From the NCBI GenBank assembly GCA_963674965.2, contig CAXXFL010000001.1, forward strand, positions 1,184,001 to 1,248,000: a DNA stretch of 64,000 bases, in the 5' to 3' direction. The position numbers were made by a program, and so were the translations under genes. This document shows positions 28,239 to 37,646 of the stretch, one piece after another. Origin of the DNA: a bacterium. GTDB lineage: Bacteria; RBG-13-61-14; DATKZS01. The notes beneath the pieces were generated by a model. The model ran no database searches. It worked only from the letters and a program-made list of their open reading frames with translations, and had not been told where the DNA came from. Positions within the stretch are counted from its first letter, which is position 1; each line of letters begins with the position of its first letter.

Positions 28239-30185
28239 TTGGGGTTGAAACATCTGTTATTAAAATATAGACGGATTGCGATTATTCTCGCCCACGCGTT
28301 CTTTTTCATGGCGGCCTACGTGCTTTCCTATATGCTTCGCTTCGACTTTTTTTTGCCCGAGGACCCGGCCCGCCTTCTGGCCATCTCTTTGCCCGTAGTA
28401 ATAATCGTAAAACTGGTCGTGTTCGAGATGTTCGCCCTTTACCAGGGCTGGTGGCGCTTCGTAAGCGTGAGCGACCTGTCCCAGATAATCAAGGCGAGTA
28501 TTTTATCCGCCATAACCATCACCTTTTTCGGTTTTCTTGCTTTTCACGGCCATGGTTTTCCACGGTCCATTCCTATTATCGACTTGGGGCTGACCATTAT
28601 CTTCGTGGGTGGCTCGAGGTTTCTGGTCAGGGCCTTCCGCGAGGGTCATCTTTTGACTTTATCTCGGGACACGGCGGGCTCCGCCCGCGTTCTCATCGTG
28701 GGCGCGGGCAACGCGGGCGAGTCCTTGGCCCGGGAAATCGGCAAGAACATGGAGCTTCATTACTCGATAGCGGGCTTCGTGGACGATAACTATTACAAGC
28801 AGCGCGTCCGTATACATGGCTATCCCGTACTTGGTAGAATCGACGATATAGCTCCCATCAGCGTGGACTACCAGGTGGACGAGATATTCATCGCCATTCC
28901 CTCGGCCACGGGCGAGCAGATGAAGCGTATCCTGGGCATCTGCGAGGAAACGGGCCTTAAGATCAAGACCATCCCGGGCATGGACGGTCTCATCGAGGGC
29001 AAGGTCAGCGTAAGCCAGCTCCGCGAGGTCGACATCGTGGACCTTTTAGGCCGGGACCCCGTCAACCTGGACGCCCAGGCCATACGCGATTATCTCAAGG
29101 ACAAGCGGGTCCTCGTAACTGGGGCCGCCGGCAGCATCGGCAGCGAGATATGCCGGCAGGTGCTTCACTTCGAGCCCGCCGAGCTTATCCTCCTGGACAA
29201 GTGGGAAAACGGCGTCTTCGAGATGGGAAGGGAGCTTAAAAAGTATCAGGGCGATAAAAGGATAAGCTACTTCGTGGCCGACGTAAAGGACCGCGACCGG
29301 ATCGAGAAAATCTTCAGGCGGGTAAGGCCCGACGTGGTTTTCCACGCCGCCGCCTACAAGCACGTTCCCCTTATGGAGGCTAACCCGGGAGAAGCGATAA
29401 AAAACAACGTTGGGGGAACGAAAACCCTGGCGGACGTCTGCGTCGAGCTGGGCTGTATCGACCGGTTCGTGATGATATCCACGGACAAGGCGGTCAACCC
29501 GACCAGCGTAATGGGGGCGAGCAAGCGCATCGCCGAGCGCTACGTGCAGAGGCTTTCCCGGCCCGAGGGCGTCAAATTCATCACCGTCCGTTTCGGCAAC
29601 GTCCTCGGCTCGGCGGGAAGCGTGATCCCCATCTTCAAGGAGCAGATTAAAAGAGGCGGTCCCGTCACCGTTACCCATCCCAACATGATGAGATATTTCA
29701 TGACCATACCCGAGGCGTCCCAACTCGTGCTTCAGGCCGGGTCCATGGGCAAGGGCGGGGAGATATTCGTCCTGGACATGGGAGAGCCGGTGAAAATCCT
29801 GGACTTGGCCAAGACCCTTATCAAGCTCTCCGGCTACAAGCCGGACCTGGATATACCCATCGAGTTCACCGGTATACGGCCGGGCGAGAAGCTTTTCGAG
29901 GAGCTTTGCCTGGATGAGGAGTTCGTCGAGAAGACCGAGCACGCCAAAGTGTTTATCCACGCGTCGGTGGCGCATTATCCCGAGGACTTCACGGAGAGCT
30001 TACTGGCGCTTATCAGGGACGCCGACTCCCTCGATCTTAAAACGATCAAGGAATCGATCGCCTATCTGGTTCCCGAATACTTAAGCCCCAAGGTCACGCC
30101 CCTTGGACATTTTTCCAAGGATTCCGACCTGTTAGGGCCAACCTGCAAGCTTCCGGAAAATCAGCCCAGAAAGACCAGGAAATAG
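28239..30185 (+). CDS. membrane-anchored nucleoside-diphosphate sugar 4,6-dehydratase (CapD/PglF/WbpM family)
   Basis: 4 N-terminal TMs; GAGNAG; DLLGRDP; VTGAAGSIGSEICRQ; HAAAYKHVPLME; STDKAVNPTSVMGASKR; VRFGNVLGS; GIRPGEKLFEEL. Confidence 0.95.
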   Translation: MGLKHLLLKYRRIAIILAHAFFFMAAYVLSYMLRFDFFLPEDPARLLAISLPVVIIVKLVVFEMFALYQGWWRFVSVSDLSQIIKASILSAITITFFGFLAFHGHGFPRSIPIIDLGLTIIFVGGSRFLVRAFREGHLLTLSRDTAGSARVLIVGAGNAGESLAREIGKNMELHYSIAGFVDDNYYKQRVRIHGYPVLGRIDDIAPISVDYQVDEIFIAIPSATGEQMKRILGICEETGLKIKTIPGMDGLIEGKVSVSQLREVDIVDLLGRDPVNLDAQAIRDYLKDKRVLVTGAAGSIGSEICRQVLHFEPAELILLDKWENGVFEMGRELKKYQGDKRISYFVADVKDRDRIEKIFRRVRPDVVFHAAAYKHVPLMEANPGEAIKNNVGGTKTLADVCVELGCIDRFVMISTDKAVNPTSVMGASKRIAERYVQRLSRPEGVKFITVRFGNVLGSAGSVIPIFKEQIKRGGPVTVTHPNMMRYFMTIPEASQLVLQAGSMGKGGEIFVLDMGEPVKILDLAKTLIKLSGYKPDLDIPIEFTGIRPGEKLFEELCLDEEFVEKTEHAKVFIHASVAHYPEDFTESLLALIRDADSLDLKTIKESIAYLVPEYLSPKVTPLGHFSKDSDLLGPTCKLPENQPRKTRK

Positions 30186-30255
30186 CCGACGCAAAAGCGC
30201 CGCGGCGTGGCGTTGGCGGCTTCCTTTCCCGAGTCAGGAGAAAAGCATCGAGATA

Positions 30256-30555
30256 TTATTGGCCGGAAACGCCCTTTTTCTTAAGGGCGTCCTGAAGGCC
30301 CCTGATTTGCTCGCGTTGGAGCCTTATGGTCCGGGTATACTCGTACCAGGCCACGGCCTCGAGCGCCACGGCCACGAAGAAACCAACGGAAAAGGCGGCC
30401 ATAAGAGCGACCCAGACGGGCAGATGGAGATCGAGCGGCGGGTACCAGATCAGCATGAAGGTTATCTTGTGGCCGATGGTATCGAGGTTGACGATTATTT
30501 CCGTAACTAAAAGCACGGCGGCCAGGGCGATTAGAATCCTTATTAAAAAGCGCAT
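30256..30555 (-). CDS. LapA family (lipopolysaccharide assembly protein A) membrane protein
   Basis: two TM helices with N..I..L..LPVWV..AAF.VG then coiled-coil tail; position downstream of ihfB. Confidence 0.6.
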   Translation of the reverse strand: MRFLIRILIALAAVLLVTEIIVNLDTIGHKITFMLIWYPPLDLHLPVWVALMAAFSVGFFVAVALEAVAWYEYTRTIRLQREQIRGLQDALKKKGVSGQ

Positions 30556-30564
30556 GAGAACTCC

Positions 30565-31068
30565 TCACTCCTTCTCGGTTAATTTCGCGAAAGCCTCGGA
30601 AAGCTTCGCCCTCGTGGCCTCGATATGCTCGGAGATAACGTGTACCTCGCCGAACAGGGGCATGAAGTTGGTGTCGCCCTTCCAGCGCGGGACCAAGTGG
30701 ACGTGAAGATGGCCGGGAACGCCCGCTCCCGCGACCTCCCCGAGATTAATGCCCACGTTATATCCATGAGGCTTCATGACCGAGTCGATGGCGTCCCTCA
30801 TTTTCCTTACCGCGTCAAAAAGGTCGAAAAGCTCGCCGTCCTCGAGGTCTCCCAACTCGGCCAGGTGCCGCTTCGGCATAACCAGGACATGGCCGCCGTT
30901 ATAGGGGTACTTGTTCATAAATACCACCGACAGCCCGGTCCGGCCGACGATCAGGTTTTTCTCGTCCTCGTCCGACTCGATGCGGGGGCAGAAAAGACAT
31001 CCGGATTCCTCGTCCCTGGACTCCTTCTCGATATATCGCATGCGCCATGGAGCCCAAAGGTTTTTCAA
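30565..31068 (-). CDS. HIT domain protein (Ap4A phosphorylase/hydrolase type)
   Basis: LWAPWRMRYI, CLFC, NKYPYNGGHVLV, GYNVGINLG..AGAG...HLHVHLVPRW.GDTNFMP; TTG start at 31068 with GGAGGGG RBS. Confidence 0.92.
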   Translation of the reverse strand: MKNLWAPWRMRYIEKESRDEESGCLFCPRIESDEDEKNLIVGRTGLSVVFMNKYPYNGGHVLVMPKRHLAELGDLEDGELFDLFDAVRKMRDAIDSVMKPHGYNVGINLGEVAGAGVPGHLHVHLVPRWKGDTNFMPLFGEVHVISEHIEATRAKLSEAFAKLTEKE

Positions 31069-31099
31069 ACGCCCCTCCCGTAATCGGCGGGAAAGGGCG

Positions 31100-31378
31100 T
31101 CAAGCGTCAACCCTTTCCTTGAGTTCCTTGCCCACCTTGAAGAAAGGAACGCGTTTGGCCTCGACGTCCACCTTGTCCCCCGTCCTGGGGTTCCGGCCCT
31201 CGCGGCTCCTTCTTTCCTTGACCTGGAAACTGCCGAAACCGCGGATTTCGATCCGATCACCGGTGGCAAGGGCCTCCGTCATCGAGTCGAATATCGTCTT
31301 GACGATAACCTCTGAGTCCTTCAGGCTAAGGTCCTTGACGCGCTCGGCAAGTTTCTCGATAAGTTCCCTTTTCGTCAT
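31100..31378 (-). CDS. ihfB: integration host factor subunit beta
   Basis: MTKRELIE..., [34 protein letters not shown] 31378 with GGGAGG RBS; synteny after rpsA/sppA. Confidence 0.93.
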   Translation of the reverse strand: MTKRELIEKLAERVKDLSLKDSEVIVKTIFDSMTEALATGDRIEIRGFGSFQVKERRSREGRNPRTGDKVDVEAKRVPFFKVGKELKERVDA

Positions 31379-31425
31379 CGCGGCATCCTCCCGATCCCTT
31401 AATGTTTTGTGAACCCTTGCGTCCA

Positions 31426-32562
31426 TTAATTTACGTTAATTATGTACATCACTCGAAGGGGAGATTCAACGTCCCTTCGTACGGTATCAAGTCCCGGAAA
31501 AAGGCCCTGCATCAGCCCCTCCAGCAAACTGGACGGTTTTTTAGGCGGCCAAACCACGGCCGGCTCGCCCTCGATGCCTCCAAGCTCCCCGGCCTTGTTT
31601 ATGGCGTCCCACAGGTTTCCTATCTCGTCGACCAGTCCTATCTCCTTGGCGGTCTGGCCGGTGTATATCTTGCCCGTGGCCAGGACTTTGACGTCCTTGA
31701 TGGCCATGTCCCTTCCCTCGGCCACGGCCGACTCGAACTGGCCGTGCATCTCGTCCACCAGGGACTGGAGGTAGGCCTTTTCCTTGTCCGTCATGGCCCG
31801 GTAGGGACTTCCCGCGTCCTTGAACTCGCCGCTCTTAATGGACACGTTCTTTATCTTGATCCAATCGAGAAATCCCTCGAGGTTCGTTACCTCCATGATG
31901 ACGCCTATGCTGCCGGTGATGGTGCCCTGGTTGGCGTAGATCGAATGGGCGGGGCAGGAAACGTAGTAGCCCCCCGAGGCCGCCACCTGTCCCATGGAAA
32001 CCACCACCGGTTTTTTCTCGGCCAGCTTTTTGACCTCGTCGTGGATTTCCTGGGAGGCCCCGACCGTGCCTCCGGGCGAGTCGACCCGAAGGACCACGGC
32101 CGCGATGGAGCCGTCGTCGCGGAAACGGTGAATCTGGTCTATCGTTTCCTTCGACTCCATGATGATACCCTCGATCTTGATCACGCCGACCTTCTTGCCG
32201 AAGTTGACGCTTCCGGCCGACATGAAAACGCCCATCAAGGTCATCAGCGCCAGAGCGGCCAGAGCCAAGGTAAGCACGGCAAGTATCGGGTGCTGCTTTA
32301 AAAAGCTCTTTCGCTCCGGAGGCGGCGCCCATTGGTGCTGGTAACCCAGGTTATTCCATCCCGCGGGGCCCGACTGTCCCGGATACTGGCCGGAAACGTC
32401 GCTCCAGCCGGCGCCGGACGGGTAACCGAAGTCGGAAGAAACCTCGGCGGGACGAGCGCCATCCCCGGCGGCCCAGCCCCGCTGTTCAGCCGGTCCTTCC
32501 GACGGTCCCCGCCCCCCTACAACGGGAGAATCGGGTTTAGGGTCTTTTTCCTCGTCGTTCAT
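31426..32562 (-). CDS. sppA: signal peptide peptidase SppA (S49), 36K type with long N-terminal extension
   Basis: [51 protein letters not shown]. Confidence 0.93.
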   Translation of the reverse strand: MNDEEKDPKPDSPVVGGRGPSEGPAEQRGWAAGDGARPAEVSSDFGYPSGAGWSDVSGQYPGQSGPAGWNNLGYQHQWAPPPERKSFLKQHPILAVLTLALAALALMTLMGVFMSAGSVNFGKKVGVIKIEGIIMESKETIDQIHRFRDDGSIAAVVLRVDSPGGTVGASQEIHDEVKKLAEKKPVVVSMGQVAASGGYYVSCPAHSIYANQGTITGSIGVIMEVTNLEGFLDWIKIKNVSIKSGEFKDAGSPYRAMTDKEKAYLQSLVDEMHGQFESAVAEGRDMAIKDVKVLATGKIYTGQTAKEIGLVDEIGNLWDAINKAGELGGIEGEPAVVWPPKKPSSLLEGLMQGLFPGLDTVRRDVESPLRVMYIINVN

Positions 32563-32586
32563 ATATTACCCGCCGCTTGAAATCCC

Positions 32587-35481
32587 TTACTCGGTTTTCT
32601 CCTCGGCTGGCCCGGAGGCCTCATCCGAGGCGCTATCCGAGGGAGGTCCCTCGCCGCCGGACGCGGACGCCTCGGCCTCTTCCCGCGCTTCTTCCTCGCC
32701 GGCCTTGTCGCCTCCGCCCTCATCAGAAGCGGAGCTTTCCTCGGGAGCCTTCTCTTCCGCGCCTTCATCGGCGGAAGCCGTCTCGGCCTGGACCGCCGAA
32801 TCTTCCTGGACCGCCGAAGCTTCCTGGACCGCCGAAGCTTCCTCGCCCGCCAAAGCTTCCTCGCCCGCCAAAGCTTCCTCGCCCGCCGGTGCTTCCTCCT
32901 TGGCCGCGTCGTTCATCTTGATCTTGGAAAGCTTGTCCTGGATCAACTCGCCCAGCTTCGAGGTCCCGTCGCCCTCCTGCTTGCTGTACTTGTTGACCAC
33001 CGCCGTTTCCTCGGTCCGCTCCAGGGCCTTCACCGAGAGCCTGATCTTTCGCTCGGTGATGTCCACGTTGAGAATCTCAGCGGTGATCTCCTGGCCCGGC
33101 TGTACCATTTCCGAGGGGTCCTTGACCTTGTCGTGAGAAAGCTCGCTCACGTGGATAAGTCCCTCGATGCCCTCCTCGAGCTCGACGAAGACGCCGAAGT
33201 CGGTAATGTTGACCACCTTGCCCACGGCGTCCATGCCCGGGCGGTACTTGGCGGGAACGCTTTCCCAGGGGTCGGCCATGGCCTGCTTGACACCCAGGCT
33301 GAACCTTTCGTTCTCCTTGTCTATTTTGAGGACCACGCAGTCCACTTCCTGTCCCTTTTTAACGACCTCGGAAGGATGTTTCACGCGCTTGGTCCAGGAA
33401 AGGTCGGATATATGAACCAGGCCGTCGATGCCGTCCTCGACCCCGATGAAGACGCCGAAGTTGGTAATGTTCCTGACCTTGCCCGAGACGCGGGTGCCCT
33501 CGGGGTATTTGAGCTCGAGCATGTCCCAGGGGTTCTGCTGGGCCTGCTTGATGGAAAGGCTGATTCTTCTGTTGACCGTGTCGATGTCCAGGACCTTGCA
33601 CTCCACTTCCTGGTTGACCTGAACGTACTTGGAGGGATGGACCCGCTTCTTGTTCCAGCTCATCTCGGATATGTGCACCAGGCCCTCGACGCCCCGCTCG
33701 AGCTCGACGAACGCGCCGTAGTCGGTCACGCTCACCACGTTGCCCACCACGATGGTGCCGATGGGGTATTTTTTCTCGACGTTGTCCCAGGGGTCGGGCA
33801 GTATCTGCTTGAGGCCGAGGCTGACCTTTTCGGTGTCCTTGTTAAAGCGAAGGACCTTGACCGTTATCTCCTGGCCCACGTCCATGATCTCGGAGGGATG
33901 GTTGATCCGGCCGTAGCTCATGTCCGTGATATGGAGAAGGCCGTCGATGCCGCCCAGGTCCACGAAGGCTCCGTACTCGGTCAGGTTCTTGACCACGCCC
34001 GTTACCACCTGGTCCTTTTCCAGGCCGTCCAGGGTCTCGGAGCGCTTGGACTCGAATTCCTTTTCCATGACCGCCCGCCTGCTTACCACCACGTTGCCGC
34101 GTTTCCGGTTGAACTTGATGATAAGGAACTCGCCGTCCGTTCCCAGCAGTTTCTCCAGGTTGCGGGAGGGACGAAGGTCGGCCTGGCTGCCGGGCAGGAA
34201 GGCGTTGACCCCGATGTCAACCATCAGGCCGCCCTTGACCTTCTCCGTGATCCTCCCGGTTACGGGCTTCTCATCCTTGAAGGCCTCCTCGAGGTCGTTC
34301 CATACCCGGCGCTTCTCCGCCTTGTCCTTCGAGATGCGGATGATGCCGTCTTCCTCGTCCCGCCGCTCGATAAGCACCTCGACGTCCATGCCCACCTCGA
34401 CGTTCTCGCCGTGGAACTCGGAAAGGGGCACGTGCCCCTCGGACTTGTCCCCGATGTCAACCATCACGTGGTCCTTGTGGACCCCCACCACCACGCCTTT
34501 TATGATCTCGCCCTCGTCGTACTCCCGCTTTTTCAAGCTTTCCTCGAAGAGGGCGCCGAAATCCTCGGGTTCTTCCTCTTTCTCCGTCTCGGCCGCCGGA
34601 GCCTGGGGAGGGGACGCCTCCGAGACGCCTTCCGTCTCCGGGGAAACCGCGGCCGGCTGGGAAGTCTCCGCCGCCGTCTCCATGTTTGCCCTTTCCGTTA
34701 CGGCCGCCTCGGCCGCCTTGTCCTCACCCGTCTTTTCCAAGTCTTGCTCGTTGTTTCCGTTTTCGTTGTTAACCAATACCCCGTCCTCCAACCTAACTTT
34801 ATTCTCCGGCCGCCCGGCGGATTCCACCAGCCTGAGAATCTCTTTTACCACCTCGTCGATGCTCATCGAGGTGGAATCGATCTCCTCGGCGTCTGGATGC
34901 CTTTTGAGCGGCGCCAATGAGCGCGTTGAATCGTCGTGGTCCCGCCGGCGGATGTCGGCGAGGACCGCGTCGTAATCGGCCTCAATACCCTTGTCCACCA
35001 ACTCTTTATAGCGTCTTCTCGCCCTCTCCTCGGGGGAGGCCGACAAGAAAACCTTGACCTCGGCGTTCGGGAACACCACCGTGCCTATGTCACGGCCCTC
35101 CATTACCACTCCTCCATCCTCTCCCATTCGTCTCTGAAGAAGCATAAGTCTTTCGCGAACGGAGGGAAGGGCCGAGATGGATGAGGCCTTCATTCCCATT
35201 TTCTCGTCCCGGATGGGGGACGACACGTCCTCCTCGCCGATAAAAGTCCTGGTCCCGCCCCCGGCCGTTTTCTGACGGAGGTCCAGGTTTTCCAAAAACT
35301 TCTCCATTGCCTCCGGGTCTTGAACTTCAACGCCCGCGCGGTCGGCGGCCAACGCCGCCGCTCGATACATCGCTCCAGTGTCGATGTACCGGTAAGAAAG
35401 CCTTGTGGCCACGGTCCGCGCTATTGTGCTTTTTCCCGCTCCGGAGGGTCCGTCTATGGCGATAACGTATCCTAATTTCAT
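32587..35481 (-). CDS. cmk-rpsA: in-frame fusion of cytidylate kinase (Cmk) and 30S ribosomal protein S1 (RpsA)
   Basis: N-half IAIDGPSGAGKST, IDTGAMYRA, VMEGRDIGTVVFP; C-half six S1 repeats (AFLPGSQ, YGAFVDLGGIDGLLHITD, GVEGLVHISE...); no stop between domains; internal GGAGG + TTG at 34776. Confidence 0.9.
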   Translation of the reverse strand: MKLGYVIAIDGPSGAGKSTIARTVATRLSYRYIDTGAMYRAAALAADRAGVEVQDPEAMEKFLENLDLRQKTAGGGTRTFIGEEDVSSPIRDEKMGMKASSISALPSVRERLMLLQRRMGEDGGVVMEGRDIGTVVFPNAEVKVFLSASPEERARRRYKELVDKGIEADYDAVLADIRRRDHDDSTRSLAPLKRHPDAEEIDSTSMSIDEVVKEILRLVESAGRPENKVRLEDGVLVNNENGNNEQDLEKTGEDKAAEAAVTERANMETAAETSQPAAVSPETEGVSEASPPQAPAAETEKEEEPEDFGALFEESLKKREYDEGEIIKGVVVGVHKDHVMVDIGDKSEGHVPLSEFHGENVEVGMDVEVLIERRDEEDGIIRISKDKAEKRRVWNDLEEAFKDEKPVTGRITEKVKGGLMVDIGVNAFLPGSQADLRPSRNLEKLLGTDGEFLIIKFNRKRGNVVVSRRAVMEKEFESKRSETLDGLEKDQVVTGVVKNLTEYGAFVDLGGIDGLLHITDMSYGRINHPSEIMDVGQEITVKVLRFNKDTEKVSLGLKQILPDPWDNVEKKYPIGTIVVGNVVSVTDYGAFVELERGVEGLVHISEMSWNKKRVHPSKYVQVNQEVECKVLDIDTVNRRISLSIKQAQQNPWDMLELKYPEGTRVSGKVRNITNFGVFIGVEDGIDGLVHISDLSWTKRVKHPSEVVKKGQEVDCVVLKIDKENERFSLGVKQAMADPWESVPAKYRPGMDAVGKVVNITDFGVFVELEEGIEGLIHVSELSHDKVKDPSEMVQPGQEITAEILNVDITERKIRLSVKALERTEETAVVNKYSKQEGDGTSKLGELIQDKLSKIKMNDAAKEEAPAGEEALAGEEALAGEEASAVQEASAVQEDSAVQAETASADEGAEEKAPEESSASDEGGGDKAGEEEAREEAEASASGGEGPPSDSASDEASGPAEEKTE
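32787..32894. repeat. 18-bp tandem repeat (6 copies) in the acidic tail of rpsA
   Basis: CCTGGACCGCCGAATCTT, CCTGGACCGCCGAAGCTT x2, CCTCGCCCGCCAAAGCTT x2, CCTCGCCCGCCGGTGCTT; encodes EEAPAG-EEALAG-EEALAG-EEASAV-QEASAV-QEDSAV. Confidence 0.9.
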
Positions 35482-35484
35482 AAC

Positions 35485-36774
35485 TTATCTGGCCACTCCT
35501 GTCAAGCTGGAGGCGAAATTTGGAAAGGAGGTCGAGATGCACTCGGCGCCCTCGATGATGGTTTCTCCCTCGGCAATCAGGGCCGCCACGGCCGCCGACA
35601 TGCCTACCCTGTGGTCCAATCCGCAGGACACCCTCGCCCCTCTAAGGTTACTTTTCCCTTTGATTTCAAGGCCGTCCGGCCTTTCGTCCACATCGACTCC
35701 CATGGATTTTAGAAGTCCGGACATGGCGGAAATCCTGTCACTTTCCTTCACCCTAAGCTCGGCCGCGTCTTTGATCACCGTTTTTCCACTGGCCCGGGCG
35801 GCGGCCACGCAGAGCACCGGCAGCTCATCTATGGACCTGGGCACCGCGTCGCCTTCCACCGTGACCGCCCTCAAATCGGAGGCTCGAACGATCAGGTCGC
35901 ACACCGGCTCGCCGCCCTCGAGGCGCTCGTTCGTTCTCGATATGTCCGCGCCCATTTCCCCCAGCGCGTCGAGGATTCCCGACCGGGTGGGGTTTACGCC
36001 CACGTTCTCGATGAGAAGCTCGGAGCCGGGCACGATAAGAGCGGCGACGATGAAGAAAGCCGCCGAGGAAATATCTCCCGGCACGCGTATCTCGCCCGGC
36101 GACTCAAGCCCTTTGACTCCCTTTACTCCCGACCATCCGCCCTTTTCCCTTTTCACCTCGGCCCCGAAAAAGGGCAGCATCAATTCCGTGTGGTCCCTGG
36201 TGGGAGCCGGTTCCCTTACCCACGTCTCGCCCTCGGCGAAAAGGCCCGCCAGCAGGACCGAGCTTTTTACCTGGGCGCTGGCCACCGGCATCTCATACCG
36301 TATGGGTTTTAAAGGGCCCCCCTCGATTTTAAGAGGGGCCGTGCCGCCGGGGGCCGCCGACACTCTCGCGCCCATGAGGGCCAGGGGGTCGGTGATCCTG
36401 GCCATGGGCCTTTTAACGAGGCTCTCGTCTCCCGTCAACTCGACCTTTACGTCCAGTCCCGCGAGAAGGCCGGCGAGAAGCCTCATGCTGGTCCCGGAGT
36501 TGCCAAGGTAGATCGGTCCTTCCGGAGACTTGAGCGCTCGGTGTCCTTTTCCATGCGCGATAAAAGAGTCGCCGTCATCCTCGATGGCTACCCCCATGGC
36601 CTTGAAGGCGGAGGCCGTGCTTATAACGTCCTCCCCTTTGAGCGCGCCGCGTATCAAGGTCTTGCCCCGGGCCACGGATGCCAGCATCACGGCGCGATGG
36701 GAGATGGACTTGTCGCCCGGCGGCCGCGTCTTTCCTCTCAGGGGCCCCGAGGGCCCGAGTTTGAGGACGCTCAT
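35485..36774 (-). CDS. aroA: 3-phosphoshikimate 1-carboxyvinyltransferase
   Basis: PGDKSISHRA, GNSGTSMRL, ASAQVKS, RDHTE, PGDISSAAF, LRVKESDRI, DHRVGMS; ATG 36774 overlaps tyrA stop (ATGA). Confidence 0.96.
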   Translation of the reverse strand: MSVLKLGPSGPLRGKTRPPGDKSISHRAVMLASVARGKTLIRGALKGEDVISTASAFKAMGVAIEDDGDSFIAHGKGHRALKSPEGPIYLGNSGTSMRLLAGLLAGLDVKVELTGDESLVKRPMARITDPLALMGARVSAAPGGTAPLKIEGGPLKPIRYEMPVASAQVKSSVLLAGLFAEGETWVREPAPTRDHTELMLPFFGAEVKREKGGWSGVKGVKGLESPGEIRVPGDISSAAFFIVAALIVPGSELLIENVGVNPTRSGILDALGEMGADISRTNERLEGGEPVCDLIVRASDLRAVTVEGDAVPRSIDELPVLCVAAARASGKTVIKDAAELRVKESDRISAMSGLLKSMGVDVDERPDGLEIKGKSNLRGARVSCGLDHRVGMSAAVAALIAEGETIIEGAECISTSFPNFASSLTGVAR

Positions 36775-37646
36775 CCCTGGTCCCCCGAGGTGATCCTTTT
36801 GCGGACCTCGCGGCATCGGGTGAACCTCTCGAGCAGGGCCTTTTCGTTTCCCGCCTCGATTTCCCGCTTGACCTCGCCCAGCGTCGCGGTCAGCCTGTCG
36901 ATGGCCTCGATGATGGCGACGCGGTTGTCCAGGCAGACGTCCCTCCACATCTCGGGCGAGCTGGAGGCGACGCGGGTGAAGTCCTTCAAGCCTCCCGCCG
37001 AGAAGCGGAGCATGGGCACCTGGTCGTCCCATTTCAGCAGGGTGTCCACCAGGGCGTAGGCGACCATGTGGGGCAGGTGGCTTACCGCGCCGAGCACCAC
37101 GTCGTGAACGTCGGGGGCCATGGTCTCGACCCTGGCCCCCGCGGCCTCCCACAGTTTTTTCACCAGCTCGACGGCCGCGGGGTCGGTAAACTTCCCGGGC
37201 GTGAGGATGGTCCTCCTCCCCTTGTACAGGCCGGCCGTCGCGGCGATGGCGCCGGTCTTCTCGCTGCCCGCGATGGGATGGCCGGGGACCACGTGGACGT
37301 AGTTGGGCAGGTGTCCCACCAGCTCGCCCGTCACCACCTCCTTGGTGCTGCCCGCGTCGGTGACGATGGCGCCGGGCTTGATCAAGTGTGACACCTCGGC
37401 GATGATGGGGACCATCGAGCGGACGGGCACGGCCAGCATGATCACGTCGGCGCCCTCGACCGCCTCGGCCGCCTCGGTGGTCGCGTCGTCAATGGCCCCG
37501 ATGGCGAGAGCGTCGTACAGGTTTTCCTTGGTCCTTCCGCACCCGACGACGCTTTCCACCGCTCCCGCCTCCTTCAAGGCCAGGGCGAAGGACCCGCCGA
37601 TAAGGCCGACGCCGATGACGGCGAGTCGCTTGACGCTCGCGCTCAC
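36771..37646 (-). CDS. tyrA: prephenate/arogenate dehydrogenase
   Basis: GVGLIGGSFA, DAGSTK, GHPIAGSEKTG, HD...VSHLPH, GGLKDFTRVASSSPEMWRD; GTG 37646 overlaps hisC stop. Confidence 0.94.
   Translation of the reverse strand: MSASVKRLAVIGVGLIGGSFALALKEAGAVESVVGCGRTKENLYDALAIGAIDDATTEAAEAVEGADVIMLAVPVRSMVPIIAEVSHLIKPGAIVTDAGSTKEVVTGELVGHLPNYVHVVPGHPIAGSEKTGAIAATAGLYKGRRTILTPGKFTDPAAVELVKKLWEAAGARVETMAPDVHDVVLGAVSHLPHMVAYALVDTLLKWDDQVPMLRFSAGGLKDFTRVASSSPEMWRDVCLDNRVAIIEAIDRLTATLGEVKREIEAGNEKALLERFTRCREVRKRITSGDQG

Noticed and set aside
31069-31269. N-terminal extension of the HIT ORF
   Set aside because: Overlaps ihfB in another frame; RBS + TTG at 31068 gives the canonical xxLWAPWR start
33133-34920. 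595-aa + strand ORF antisense to rpsA
   Set aside because: Antisense shadow of a highly biased ribosomal protein gene; no independent motifs
36775-37152. 126-aa N-terminal extension of aroA in the ORF track (possible tyrA-aroA fusion)
   Set aside because: Lies in a different frame inside tyrA; real aroA start is ATG 36774 overlapping the tyrA stop
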